A stretch of DNA of 64,000 nucleotides, taken from NCBI GenBank assembly GCA_047495785.1, contig JBLDXI010000046.1:1178001-1242000 (forward strand), given 5' to 3'. Origin of the DNA: Lepidodermella squamata (taxonomy: Eukaryota > Animalia > Gastrotricha). Under the pieces are notes generated by a model. The model saw only the letters and a list, made by a program, of their open reading frames with translations. It did not search any database and had not been told where the DNA came from. Both the position numbers and the translations under genes were made by a program. Positions 34,973-49,427 of this stretch are shown here, piece after piece. Numbering within the stretch: position 1 is the first letter of the stretch; every line of letters begins with the position of its first letter.

Positions 34973-37900
34973 CTCAGAAAGTATCAATTGAAAATTATGT
35001 CTAAAGGTGAAAAGGACAAAATTCAATGAAAGATTGTGGTTATTATCTCTCAGGTCAAAGAAGCCGTAAACCACTTAAGTTCAACCCAAACATATGACGC
35101 TAAGGATAGCCGAAGCATAAAGACGACAACTGAGCTGAATAATCTCACTTTAATGGAGATATAAAGATCATGGACCTTGAAAAACGAAATGACCGGCGCC
35201 CGTTCACCAAGATCCAAGATGACACAAAGATCTCTGATCTGAGAACACAGTATCGCTGTTTTTTCTGTTTCTCCCTCTCACCTTTAAAGCGGAGGATTTC
35301 AAGATTAACACAAACTCCGGAAAATACAACTTCTTGAACGAACCGGTCATCAGCAAGTTCTTTACGAATGAAAGCCAGATAACATTGGATTTTGGCACAA
35401 CTGCGAGAGGATCTCGATTAGCGCGCAACAATTTTGAATTTTTGCCTCGTGATCTCAGTCAAGGACATCTTAATATTTTAAATTGTAAGGCTCCAATTTA
35501 TTTTTTAATGCTTCGTCTCTCCATTCATAATAATTAAAAATAAAATTTAGCAGCGCGTTTTAGTTGGAGCGTCCGTGGTTACCGCCGAGGCTTTTCAGCA
35601 GCGTGGAATGTAACGACGAAGTTTTACATTAACGGCTACATGCTGCCAAAACTATCATGGTTGTTGGCATGTGGGTTGCATTGATTGATAGATATTTTCA
35701 TGCTGAGTAAGAATACGACATCAATATCTTGCTCTGGTGATGTATTTTTCACTTCTTTACTCGTGCCCTTATTGGGCTAATCCACTGCTCCGCACGTACC
35801 TGTCGGGATTTTCCCTTTTACCGTCTAAATAGGCACATTGCGGATAAGGAAACTGAATTAAATCAGAAACTGGCAATCAAAGCTAACAGGAAGGCTCCGA
35901 AGACTGAAAAAGTCGATGCTGCTGCTGATGGGGCGCCATTATGGAGAACCATAATTATATCAGCGGCGAAGTTCTGGAATCTCTGCCGTGGCCGAAAAAT
36001 ATTTATCATGATCGTAACCATGTTTAATAAATCGAAATTATATCTCAAATCTACGAAACTATTCCTTGAAGATGAATCGAGATAGATTTCACGCTACTTA
36101 TGCATTGAAATAGAGCTCAAGTGACCAGCTGAGCCAAGTTCGATTGCTCAGAAGCAGCAAACTTGCACCTGATACTCTTTTATAAACGGGCAAAATGGGA
36201 CCAAATGCTTCCCGAAACAGCAATTTTCACGTTCCGAAACATCGTCTCCGCATGCTTTTCGCTGTTTTCCGATGAGCCGTTCAGGCAAATTAACTGCACC
36301 CAAGGCCTATCTATTGTTGAACACCAGATCACAACATTCCTTACATTTATGGGCAATAATTGAAGTTATCGACCCACGCGACATCCAGGAGCACAAAATT
36401 TACCACTGCGAAAGTAAAATAACATTGAATAGCATCGACTTTATTTCCTCATTTAAATGCAGAAACTTTCGTTCGACCGTAGTAATATAAGGCTGTTCAA
36501 CTGAAGCTGAGAAACGTCAAATCTCAAATTTGAACATCAACAAAGTTTACTCGTTCAATTTTGTTTCCTGTTAAACAACTTCAACGTCTCTTATCGCGCT
36601 GAACTCTTACGGATTATTTACGGAATATTTTGCATGAGTTTGCCTCATACAGTTGCTGAGTAATTTCACCATTTATAATAAATATTGCCGCCGTATAACT
36701 TCGGTCGTGAAAATTAAAAAAAAATGAACTAAAAATGCCAACAAAAACGACAATGATGATGAGCGAGAATGAAGTTTGGTAACCTTGGTAATAATTTTGT
36801 CCCATTACAATGTCGAATTTTGATAATCAAGGGCGCTGATTTACTTTGAACAGGTTTCTTACCAAGAGTTTTAGACATGGAAATTCTTTCTATTACGGTG
36901 CGATGAATTCCTTAACCTTACAACCGTAAAATTATTACTTATGCGTGACCATCCTCGATTATTTCATTAACGAGACAAAAGGAGCGATGTGTATCGGTTT
37001 TCGTTTAGGCGATGTAAATTTTCAAGAACGCACGACCCGGAATCGTAATAGGGAGTTGCGGCTTTCATTTGTCGCACCGCCGTTCAAGTGCGACGGGCAA
37101 TAAAGATAAAAGTCATGCGTTTAACAGGTTTCCGGAGCCGTGCCTCACGAGACGGCGCGCGGGTGCCCGCGGGCGCACACCGAGCGCATCGAACAATAGG
37201 ACACCCTGTTACCTGGGTTCACTCGGCGAGGCGTGCGTGCGTGCGCGCCGATTTGCAACGCGTAAAACAAAGGCGTTAAGGCCATGCGAAACATGATGAC
37301 ACGCTATAAAGTCGCGTTCACGAACATCAGGGGCTTTATTACCCATTACTACTAGTACCAGTTGCGCGGTGTTAACCGGCGGGTTTCGCAATTTCTCCTA
37401 CGCTGCTAAAAAGGTTGTTGAACAAAAGGGACCCAGAGCGTCGCGCGCGCGCTGGTGTCACCCCCGAAACAGGTAGCCTAGCCATTTATCACATTTTCCG
37501 CGTTTTGTTAAAGTTGAAACGCGCTGAGATTGGCGTCGCCTCTGTTGCCTTTTGTCCTTATAAGCTGCTGGTACTGTCTGAGGCACCAACCTGCCTCATC
37601 TATGTTTATTGCCCGCCGTCGGCTATTGTGCGCGCGCGCAGTTCTGTTAATAAACATTTTAAACAGGTGACCGGGCGTGCGACAAGAAATACATATATTA
37701 CTACTACAAGTTAAACCACGCCGTAATGCAGCGCGCGCAGGTTAATTTTACCTGTGAGCATTTTTCTACGTCTTCTTCCCATTGTTGCGGCGTCGCTAAG
37801 TCATACGATGCGTATCTTTTCTTCACCGCGCGCTGCTATATATGTGTATAATAATTGCGCGTGCGTGATTGTTTCCAGCGCGGCGGCGGCGCCACCAGCT

Positions 37901-40238
37901 CAAGGCGCCAGCTCCATAGCTGCTCTCGCAATTGCCGTCAATGGCGCCGGGCGACCGCCTGACTCTTGTTTCTTGCCTTTGTGTCGAGTGCTAATGACTC
38001 GAACGCCCTGGCTCCTATCTTCGTTGTGTAGCGTCCTTTGTTCCGTCGTCGCCCTGGCGCGCGTCACCACCAGCCGCTTCATCACGCGTTCTTTTATGAC
38101 ACGCGCACATTTCTGGGGGACCCCGTCCATTTAGCGCAAAGCTCAAACGACGTCGCACAACATTACGACAGTGCCAGCAGTAGGAAGATAGATGGGCTCC
38201 TTTACTTCTTAACTTCTGCATGCCGCCTTAAAACAGCAGGCGGTCGTGTCTCATAAAAGCAGGCGCTTCCTTTGCATCGCACAGCGCCCCTACTTGACAT
38301 GTGGCCGGGCGATATTTTATCTTGATGACGCCTTAAATAGCGCACCGAACATCCGTCATCCTGTCCATTAGACTTCCAACCGCGCATAAACTCGCATTTT
38401 ATCTTATTTTAATACCTTTAAATCCTACAATTTTAAGCTGGACTTTATTTCGTTATTCGATTTTGCACCGCGCATCACACATCCGCACTCCCTTTCGCGC
38501 TTGCGGGCTGAAAAATTTCGAAAAATGTGGTGTGTATTAACTCACGGTGCGTGTTGTTGTTTTTGCGCTCAATTTTTGCGTGACCCTGTTTGCCGAGTCG
38601 CCCCCAGCAGCGCGACGAGACGACGTGAGCATTTTTTTATTTGCCTCGCGCCTCGGGGCCGCACCTCGCCGTTGCCGCGCGTAAAAAGAAGACAGCAACG
38701 TCGTCGTCGTTGTCGTATTTGCATTATTTGACACTAGGCGTCGTGCGGCTTTTTATCATCATCATCGGTTGGTGGTTATACGAGCGCGTCGCGCCCGCGC
38801 GCGCGTCCTCGCTATAACCACGACGATGCGCTCTCGCTCACTCGCTCGCTCGGGCTGTATAAACTTTTAGTGCCTGCCTACTTTTGGCTGGCTGTTCTAC
38901 AAAATGGGTAATATAACAATAATAATAAAAGCATCAGGCTCGAAATGAGGTTTTTATAGCAACAAGGTGCAGTAGTGTTGTAGTGTTTGTGGTCTATTTA
39001 AAACGCACAGTAATATAACCACGCCGTAAAAGTTGACACAACACGACGCGCTCCTCCGCCCCGCCGTGCGCGCGTGAGGCGAGTCGACGTCTCGTCCGGC
39101 GTGCCTCGACATCGTCTTCGCGCTTCTTCATTATCATCATCGCCTCGTGTTTGTCTGTGTTTATCAGCCCGCTGCTGCCATGGCGAAATGCGTCGACAAG
39201 GCGAGGACACCTAGGCGCTCCTAGGGCGACGTCGGGCGTATAACGATGAACACCGCCGCTTGGGCGTCATATTATTGTTATTACTGTTCAGCAGTAAAAT
39301 TGTTGTTGCGCTCATATTGTGTTGTTATTATTGTTATTACAGACCGCTCGCAGAGAGCCAATGAACGAATGCGAGGCGAACGAACGAGCGAGGCGAGCGC
39401 GACGCGTCGGCGACACGCCGCAGTGCTTCACGCGCGCGCGCCGGTGTGTCCCAGCAAATAGACGGCGGCGCGACGGCTAACTTCACGGCTAACCGCCGGC
39501 CTCCTTTGCCACTGCACACCGACCGCTCTTCACCCATCCTCATCCTCCTCAAGTTTTTAGCCGTTTTTTCCCATCCCATTCAAGTTGTTCAAAATTAAAT
39601 TTTATTAAGGAGGATTTTTACAAGTTGAAAATCGTGGTTATTCATGCAGGGCGAGGAAACACTTCTGAACTTTTTATGTGAGTATTATAGGGCGAATGTG
39701 GGCGAACCCGCTGCCTGTTTTTTCTCCTCTCATCGGCGCGTTTTTTCACTCTCTCTCCTTTCTGCCGGCGCGCGAACAAAGGTGGACCCATCATCCTTGT
39801 TGAACCCTGGTAGTCGTAGTACGACGTGAGTTCTCTCCCTGAACATACTTACTGCCGTCATTTTTTATGCCCACAACCACCACCGCCTCTTTTCTGCATG
39901 TGCCAACTCGAACGACGAAAAATTTGTTTAACGCTACCGAGCCACGCGCGCCGCTCTGCCTCACCTCTGCGTGTCTCTGATGTGTCAGAAAGGAGTGTTT
40001 CTTTTCATCATTCATCGTCTTTAACATGTAACAAACGTGCTGCGCCTTCAAACTCGCTTGAAGGGGCCGGTTATTCGAACTTTACGGAATATGAAAAAAA
40101 AGCCAAGCCTAGCTACTGCCGTTGTTTCACGTTGTGTTGAACTCCTCAACGCCCTTTTCCTACTACGCCGTCGTACGTTATTCATTCAACGTAAATTATT
40201 TCGTTTAGGAAGTACGATTTTTTTTAACACAAATTAAA

Positions 40239-42373
40239 ATGGCAAGTGAAGTTGAGTCTTACATGCAGTCGACGACCCCACCGCCTCTCGATCTCTCAGC
40301 ACCCGCCCGTGGACCCGCCTCAGGCCCCATCTCCCTTAAAGGGAGCGACAAGGTCGAAAATCTTCACATTCAGTCAAGTGAGTTATTTTCCTAATTTAAT
40401 TTTTGAAATAAAAAATCAATCATAAACATTTTGAATAATTTTGAAATTTTTGAAATTTATTTAATTTTTTTTGAAATTTTTGAAATTGAAATTCATAGCT
40501 AATTTTAAATTTTGTTTTGATTTTAGGAGCTCTTAAGCGTCGCTATCATGAAACAATTGCCGCGGTGGACGATTGTGACGACAATGTCTCAGTGGCGTCA
40601 TCGGCACGTTCGAACTCGTTTGAAGGTGAGCCGGACACGAACGGTGCCGCCTCGAATTTGGCATCACTCGCCGCTCAAAAGTCATCACTCCTATCGTCAA
40701 CGAGCGCGCTCAGCCTCGCCATGCTTCACCAGCAACACGCGCAAAACAAGGCGCAACAAACGAACAAGCTGCTAGTCGACAAGCTCATGTCCACGTTAAT
40801 GCAACAGCAACAACAGCAATCTCAGCCGAACTGGGCCAACCCGGCCGCGCTACTCCGCCAAATTCAACCGCAACAGCAACAACCGGACCCGCAGCAGCAA
40901 ATCGCGGCGGCTGTAGCGGCTCTTATGCAGCAGAAACAGCAACAGCAGCAACAACAAACCCCGCCGCCTACCACCCCGTCCAACCCGCTCGCCCTTCTCG
41001 GTCTCAACAATCAATTCTCGTTTCCAGCCTCATTCCCGCCTCACCTCCAGCCAGTTTTCGAGCAAATGTTAACGCTGATAACTCAATTCGCGGCGAATGC
41101 TGGCCAGGGCGGTAATGGTCTAGCGGCCTCGCAGCAACTTATCGACGCTTTTTTCGCGAATTTATCCGACGCCCTGCCGGAAAGTGGCGCCTTCGTGTGG
41201 TTGATGCAGACGCGTCTCGCGAAATTTTGCGCCGAACTCTCGCAAAATCTCGACCGCATCCAGCACTACGTCACGCGGGCTGAAATCGCGAAATTTGTCG
41301 CGAACAGCTACGCCGAGGCGCAGCAGAATGTTACGAACGATCTAGCGGCGAGTTCTCGTTTTCAAAAACCGGTCGTGAAGCAGCAACCTGAACCAGCGGT
41401 TTTGTTTAAGCGACGCGGTTCAAACACCCTGGTCGATGTTAAAACGCCCCTGAGCCCTGTTGACGTCAAGCCGACCCTCACGCCGCCGAGTTCGGTTGTC
41501 AGCCGGTGTTTGGACCTGTCGAAGCCGACGCCCGGCTCGCCTGAGCCGCCGCGGTCTTGCGACGAGGACGACAGCAGTGCGGCTGATGTGATGAGCAATG
41601 CGAGGCAAACAATCAATCGCGGCACGGCTCGATCGAACAACAGCAATAACAACAATAACAACGGCGCTGCTGCTAAGGCATACAAGTGCCCGGTGGAAAA
41701 TTGCGGCAAATCTTACGGCAAATCGTCACACCTCAAGGCGCACATCGATACTCATACCGGTAATTTTTTTATTCAATTATTTTTGCGGCTAATATGCATA
41801 ATTTATTACCACCCCTTGTTTTTGTTTGTACTAAATCGATTATTTTATTTGTGTTTAGGTGAGAAACCTTTTAAATGCCCATGGGAAGGCTGTCCATGGA
41901 AATTCTCGCGCGCCGATGGTCTCAATCGCCACGTTCGGAAACACACCGGCCACCGCCCTTACCAGTGCTCCAAGTGCCACCGCACCTTCAGCCGCTCCGA
42001 CCACCTTAATCTCCACCTGCGCCGCCACGAGCGCGAGGGTGACGTCGGGGTGATGCCGTCGACCCCTGGCGCCGAGTCATTCGATATGCGCACCTCAAAA
42101 CTAGGCGCGTCTCAGTTCGCCTTCGCCTCGCCGGTTATGATCGGCGGTGGTGGTAGCAGTGAGGACAGGCTGAGTTCGGTCGGCATGGGTGAGGATGATA
42201 TGGACGACGATCTGGAGGTTGGCCCGACGCCGGCGAAAATTTCGCGCCGTCACTCGACCACATCGGACGATATGCAAGACGAGGCGGTCGATCTGGCGTG
42301 CGGGCGTAGCATCGGCATCTACGACGAGCCGACGTTCCGCATGACAGCCGAGGCTGGTGAAGCGACACATTGA
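40239..42373 (+). CDS. Kruppel-like factor (three C2H2 zinc fingers) with PLDLS CtBP-binding motif, KLF3/8/12-type repressor
   Basis: Exon 1 40239-40377 (MASEVES..PPLDLS..), exon 2 Gln-rich, ZF1 [19 protein letters not shown], intron 41760-41858, ZF2 [21 protein letters not shown]3 [17 protein letters not shown]. Confidence 0.9.
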
Positions 42374-45013
42374 ATGTAATCATCTCAACTCCTCATCATC
42401 TCTGATCACTTTCACTTTTGCACAAAGATAGTAATATACTATATATAGTATGAACAAAAATAATTGCCAATTTTTTTGTCGGAAAAAAACATTCCAAGGT
42501 GACTGCAAAACTTGCCACTCTTTGTATTAATATATTATTACCTGTAAATAGACACGCGCTCATTATTTTTCTACTAATTATCTTTTCTCGCTCTTGCCCA
42601 GAGTACGACCAAGTGCAAAACTGCTGAAATTGCTGTGTATCATAGTAGAAGTCGCTGAATTTTTGAAAGCGCACTGTAATTAACTTATTAATTAATTTTA
42701 CCGCCGAGGCAAAGTGCATGAATGTATAGGCGCAAAATAGCGCGTTGTTTTTGTTGTTTTGACATATTCCGTTGTGGCTTTCAAAGCCGCCTTGTATTGT
42801 TGAAAATTATTTTATTGTTTTGATGATAGCGTCGACATGCCCGGCATGTTTCATGGCTAATAATGACAATTAAATGTACCTATATTATGATTATATTATG
42901 CAAGTCCGCATGATTTCCCGGCACACGTCTGAAAAGGAACGAAAAAATTTGTTATATATTATAATATCGAAATATGCAATATTTAAATGCAATAATTGAT
43001 TAATATATTATTATACCTAAGCTGCTATTTATTGTTTTATCAACATCATCATCATCATCTATTCAAATGATATTTCGACGATGCTTGTCAACTGCTGGTT
43101 TGAAGAATATTCAATCGTTAAAGGCAACTCTCTGCGGTGTCGGAATTACATGAATGAACAAAATTATGACGAATAAATAAAAAAAAATGAATTTCTTGCC
43201 AAAAACTTACGTCTTTTTCTTACAAAATTATTGCTGGTTTCAAATTAATGACATGGAGACATGGAAAAATAAGGGAGCCCTTCGGGTCGCCGGATTCGCC
43301 TCGGGGTTTTAGATCGCAGAAAATTGGATTTCTCCGCCTTGATCCAATTCCTATATGCGCACAATACGGAGCCACCTTTTGGGATACTTCTGTGAAAACT
43401 TCTGTGTGAGTGATTAAACAAAAAAAATAAGTGCGCGCGCTCAACAAAATTAAAAAGTTAATCTTTTTAAAAGACGCCTTTTAATCCGTGTCCTGCCAAA
43501 TCGTAGCCGTCTTCCAAATCGAGGCTTCTGGATCGTATCCGGACCGTGAAAATAGCATAACGAATTTAAATAAAAATTCTGCCTTAACATTTTTAGAGGA
43601 ATTCAATTTTTCCCTTTTGCTCGCGTACAGAATTTTCAATAAAGTGTCAGCACTATTAAGACTAATGTCCCATTACTATACCTACTTCCTCTCAGAGGAT
43701 TTACATTTTATAATTCCAGTTTATCTCCCAGACCAGGAATTCACATCGGAATGGCCTTGATGGAAACACGAAATCGTTCTTTCCTGGAAAATCAGCTTGA
43801 AACCCATAATATTTATAGGTATTTTCCAGCAGCCGTCGGGTCAATGAATATCAGTCCGCCTTAAAAATTCTATTATACTGCACTATCGGGAACCTGGGAA
43901 TTTCAAAAGGCAATCTTCAACAGGCATATTTTATTATTCAAAAAAAGACGCATGTTGTTAATGTTTTAGGTAGTAGCAACATTGATATCGGTATTTAACA
44001 TGCCAATTACAGATGTTATCCTAATATTATCGCTCAAAACGTACCTATACAAGACATTTATCAGGTGTCAGCTACACGAACGCAAGGCTAAATTTTGAGT
44101 GCGATTCTAGTTTCCACGGATATTAATAATAATAGCAATATATTACCGATAAAATTATCAAAATTCGCGATAAATCCACAACTTTTTATCGCAATATCAA
44201 GTGCAAAAACGACTTGCGATAACGGAACGGATTTTCGAGGACACTGAAGTAGTAAAATAAGCCGTAAAACAGCAAACTACATACACAAGATTAAATCCAC
44301 AAGCACAAGTAAATATATTATATACGGAGTAATATAATATCCGACCATAAAATCTTCGAAGAAAAAAACAAACAACAAAATATTTGAAATGTAAATAAAG
44401 AGAGAGACAGGTCTACCGACGTTCTCGAAAAATCTAAATCTGGCACACACACTCACACATGCAAACACACGTTCCACGCAAGTTAAGCAGCACAGCTAAA
44501 GATATATTAATATAATTTTTTATAGGAAAAAGCGGAATAATAAAAAAATGACGCGTCATCCACAATATAAAAAATCCTTTAATTATAGCGGAGAGAAGCG
44601 CACATGGTGTGGAGCGAGGTATATAATAATTTTGCTAACGGAATTTTGTGATGAAAAATTGCACAGTTTCAATAATAATAATTTTATTAATAATAACAAT
44701 GTGCATGCACAACCGCTCGAATGATGTCATAAAATTTATAAAGGTAAATCAATTTTTTTCGTATCAATAATTATATTTCAAATATGAAAAAGAAAGCCGC
44801 TAATGAAGTAAAAGAAACACAACCACATGAAGAAAAGTGTAGTTATTCTCTCCCTCTCTCGTTCTTTCACAACAGAAAAAATTGGTTCCGAAAAAGCTGG
44901 TAGGTAAAGCCCAGCAGTTTTGTCGAGTGTTTGCGCTATTAAGGCAGCGTTGTTTACTCAGCAGCTAAAATTTATACTCAAAGAACTAACAAGGAGATCT
45001 CATACAAAAAATC

Positions 45014-48000
45014 CTAGATATATGGATGATTCGACAACGACGACGGGTTCAAATATGTGTAAGGATACACTCTCTTATCAGCCTCTTCGACTAATGTCCG
45101 CTCCATATTTCGCAACTGAGTGTTCAAATCATCGGCGGCTTTTCTGCAAATCGGGTCCCATAGATACGTGATAGGAAAATGGGCGAATGGGCAAGGAACG
45201 CCGGGTGATAAACATTTGACCGTCACTATTGTTTGCATGACGGTCGAACGAGGTGGCAGGGTGGATAAAACATCAACCTCGTCATACTCGCGTTTTTCGC
45301 TTGGCGGTCGGCCGCGTAATTGAAGCGGGTAGCAGGGCGGGAATGCGTAGTAGTCATACAGTAAATTTTTGTATAACGAATAGCTAATCGTTGCTTCGAA
45401 CAAAATTCCAGTGACAATTTGCATCACGTCATCCGGCCGTCTCACGTTGCCGTTATTAGGCAGGCCGTCCAGGTGAAGCCCGCCGTCGCGTTTTCGATCG
45501 GTCAACATGCGCAGGAACGACTGCAGTTCTTGATCCTGCTGCACTGACGCCCAATCGCGGTAGTAATGCGCGATTATTGTCCGAACATATCTTTCGATCA
45601 TCGAGTACAGCGCGAGTGCATCTTGGCTGAAGCAGTATTGACTGAGAATGTTCGGCTCGTAAATCTGAAGAAAAAATAAAAAGTTTGAATTTTTTAAGGC
45701 GGACTTTTTATTTATATTTTTCGTTTTTTCCCATAAATTTTTCACGAATAATTTCTCCAAGCTAAAAATTCAGCTTTTGCTATACAAATTCTGAAATTTC
45801 GACCATAAGGTGGGAAATAATATTATTGATTTTCAGGCAAAATTTGAGAATTTTTCTGGTTTCAACTGATTTTCGGCAATTTAAGGTGTCCAATTAGCTG
45901 GTGATTTAGGACGCTCATTTGGGGATTCAGCGACCTTGCGAGTTTCATATACTATATGGCTCGAAATTTTAATTAAATCAAATTGTCTTATTTTAGATTC
46001 GAGATTTCTATTCAACTCCCATGCCAATTTTCATTCAAAAATATTGCATCATCACAAAAATATGAGGAGGTGGGCCCAATTACCCCGCGTTACGGTAAGG
46101 GACGAATGTGAATTTTCATTTACATCTAAAATATTTAATGATGTCACTTTAAGAGGTAATTTATCGCTCATCTGGTAATTACAGAATTTCAAACTGGTAA
46201 GTAACAATGTTTACCTAACCTATTCACCCCGGTCAGCATGCGACACTTAACTTGGTGTTATTTTTTTTCTAGAATGCTATGATGGAATTTGCCGCTTGCG
46301 CTTTAGCCTAGATAATTACAAGTGTTGGTGACACTACGCGGTGCAAACTTGATTATCAGTCATTAATCGCAGCAAATGAATCATGATTCACTCGACTCGG
46401 CTCGTTATTTTTACGCAGTCACACACTTTATATCGCGTGGAGATAACCCACACTCGTATTATTAGTTAGTTATGCATACTTTCCCCTTCCCCCTTTCATC
46501 GTATAATGCAAATGCACTCGGCGCGAGCAGGATAAACAACGCAAACATGCACCTTACTGCCATAAACAAGCAGCACCATATTACTGGTATAAAGGATGGT
46601 CAGAATAAAGCAGCGACATGTCACGTCGGTGCCATTGCTCCTATTTACTTACTGCCACCAAAAAGTGCCTGATGATCGTAAAATCTAGTGCACATAACAC
46701 TCACCCCACGCTTGAACATGTTCGCCGGCAGCATCCCGTCGGTGTCGAAACGCCACGAGCTGATACTAAGTGTCAAAAACAAACAAATTAAACAAAAATC
46801 CCACCTTAAAAAAGTCAAAACTAACCCTCGTTTTATCAATTCGATAAAACCCTGGCGACCAAGATACGTGTGCTTATCGACGAAATTTCCCTCTTCAAGT
46901 AACTGCGTAGTTATATTTCGATTAACCGCGAAAATGTCTTTGAAATGTGGCACCAGGATTTTGTAAATCGGATGTGACGGCGAAAAGCAGCGGTGTAACG
47001 CGATAGCAATACCCTCCAGCATTAAATGCGTCCTTCCCAGGTAATTGACTGCGAAACTGTACGTAGCATCGGCGAGGTTGAACCACATTTTAGCGAGAAG
47101 CCAAGTGTATGGCGCATCAGTCGGCATATAAACCGGGTTTTTCTCGCCCGGTTTCTGGAAGAGCTGAATTGCGATAGGAAGCAGATTTTTCTCGCCATCT
47201 CGGTAAAATAATGCAACAGGTGCCGGGAACGGGTAACCCACTGCATTAGTCAAACCGTCCAATATCGATAAATCAACTACGTAGAGCCGTTTCGCTGAAA
47301 GAACGTGTTCCAGCCGCCAGCCTTCGAAGAAAGGACTCAACATTGCTTCGTCCACGTCCATGTTCTCTGGTAATTTATCAATCGTCCTTAGGGCGACTGG
47401 ATTAGGCCCACACAATCGCTGATGGCCAAATTTAACATCTTTTGTCCAGTCGATAACGCCCCACGGGATTGGCACACCGTGGTCGTCTTTATAAAATTCT
47501 TCGAAATCTTCGACCCGACTCCAATCACTGGAATCGTCGGCGACAACTTGTAGCCAAGTTGAGCTTTCGAGGAGGTCGTGTTTAAATTGACTAAATTCTT
47601 CCATGAGCGAATCTGTAAAGCGCTCGAAGTCTGGAATCGACTGAATTCGAGGGGGTAGTTTGTCATCATACCGGTCAACGACGTATAAATCCCTTAGGAG
47701 AGCGAGTTCAGCGTCCCGAACTTCAATACATCTCGAATACTGAGGTAATAGGCCTTCGAAGTTGGTGATTACATAGTGGAAACCAGGTATTAACCAGCGA
47801 CCAACAGGAAATGAAAATAGATTGCGATCTTTCTTATCGTTAAGATCAATCTTTTCAATAAACCATTCAAATTTTATGGAGCCATTTGATTCGGCCCAGA
47901 ATTCGAAAAACTGAACGGCTGTTTCGAGTTTGACTGTATTAATGGTGTAACGCATGTAACCATCTTCTCCTGGTCGGAACTGGCCAATATTTTCGAATCG

Positions 48001-48126
48001 TATCACATCACTCTGGCCGCGCTCGCCGTGGATGATTACACAAATAGTTGTTGATTCCGGTAGATGCTTAATATCACCGCTTTTAATTTTGACAATTAGG
48101 TGGTTCTTGCCGCCACTGTTGCCCAT
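45014..48126 (-). CDS. PLAT + lipoxygenase-fold protein with non-canonical iron ligands (probable pseudo-lipoxygenase)
   Basis: N-terminal MGNSGG (myristoylation-like), PLAT domain (FPVGRW), LOX motifs W.KD..FGHQRLCGPNP, LLPIAIQL, WLLAKMW, HPIYKIL.PH, YPYTYLNP..I C-terminus; exons 46824-48126, ~46704-46765 and 45014-45664 (approx.). Confidence 0.88.
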
Positions 48127-49427
48127 TTTTTTGCTGAAAAAAGGCATCTGATGACTGTGAAATTACTTAATCATTCAAAAGCCTATAACAAGAAAGAATA
48201 TGTTACTTAGCATAAACATGAAGCGGCAAGACGCGCAAATAAGCCGATGAATCAAACGGATACGTAATAGCTAATATCTGCTCTTTCACACTGGGAACCG
48301 ACATAGGTAAGGAATGATCAGTCCGAAACGCATGCTCAGGTGGGTGAAAATGTTGCGTAATTACCGAGACAATCAGGTTCAAGATTCAGCTTTTGGCCTC
48401 TTAAAATATATAGTCACGCTCTTCCTCAATTTTTCATTTTAGCTCTCAAAGATCTACTCATAGTATGTTAATACTAAAATGGCTGTGATTCGAAAATGAT
48501 GAAAACACAAATTTACTACAACGTTGGGGTTGGACTCGCGAGAATGGCATGCAAGTCTGGACCCAGGAGACGAAACTTTTGGTTTTAAGCTTTTAGTAAA
48601 TGATAAATATCATATATCATCGCAGATGCGAGTGACATGATCGTGCTAGATACGCAATCGGAGATTAACAAAAAAGGGCTAGAAAGTTAGGTTCTAGCGC
48701 ATTCATTGCTAACGGCAATTCACAATCAACCAATGCAACTCAAGCAATTCCAATTTAAAAACTAATAAAAACCGGATGGATCGAAGCTTGCTGTTGAATA
48801 TATTTAATATCCAAATATAGCGCTTGAATTCGAAAGGAGAAAGGACAGACAGGTGCGTACGTTGCACCCGCAGCGGACTGGAGAACTTAGATGTCGCACC
48901 TGAGTGAGGTGACGCCAGGTAAGAGAAACTTTTAGAAAAAACGCAAAAAGCTTGATGCTAAAAAATAGCACAACAATTGTTGTATGTTCAGTAATTATAT
49001 CAGGCTACTTAGAGAAAAATTTCGGATCGTCATTTTTTGACGTGAAAAACAATTGGTCCTTGAAATTTCACATTTTGGCGCGGACTGTTTTCTCTGGGTT
49101 TCAAAAGTCCACGTTTGATGTGCTGGCAGTGACGAGCTTCGAGCTTCCCACTGTGTTGTAAGGGTAGCACAAGAGGATTCCGGCTCTCCTTCAATTTCTG
49201 TACTACACGTCATTCTACGTGTCTATTTGTGGCTTCTATCCTATTTAATTGCGTTATGCGTTATTGCGTTTCGTGCATTGTCCACCAGATAAGTCTCGCT
49301 GCCCTTTGTCCACCTGCTCCGCTCTTTTCTTTGTCGGCGATCTCCTTTAAATTTATATTGAATTTTTGTGTGTTTAGATGAAATTAGATGAAACCACCAT
49401 TATAACAGTTGAAATATCAAAATCTTG

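Noticed and set aside
37000-40200. Numerous short Arg/Ala-rich ORFs on both strands
   Set aside because: Expected in GC/CpG-rich non-coding DNA; no domain motifs or consistent splice structure.
41760-41858. Hydrophobic 33-aa insertion between KLF ZF1 and ZF2 in the 618-aa ORF
   Set aside because: It is a 99-nt GT-AG intron that happens to lack stops; removing it restores the TGEKP linker.
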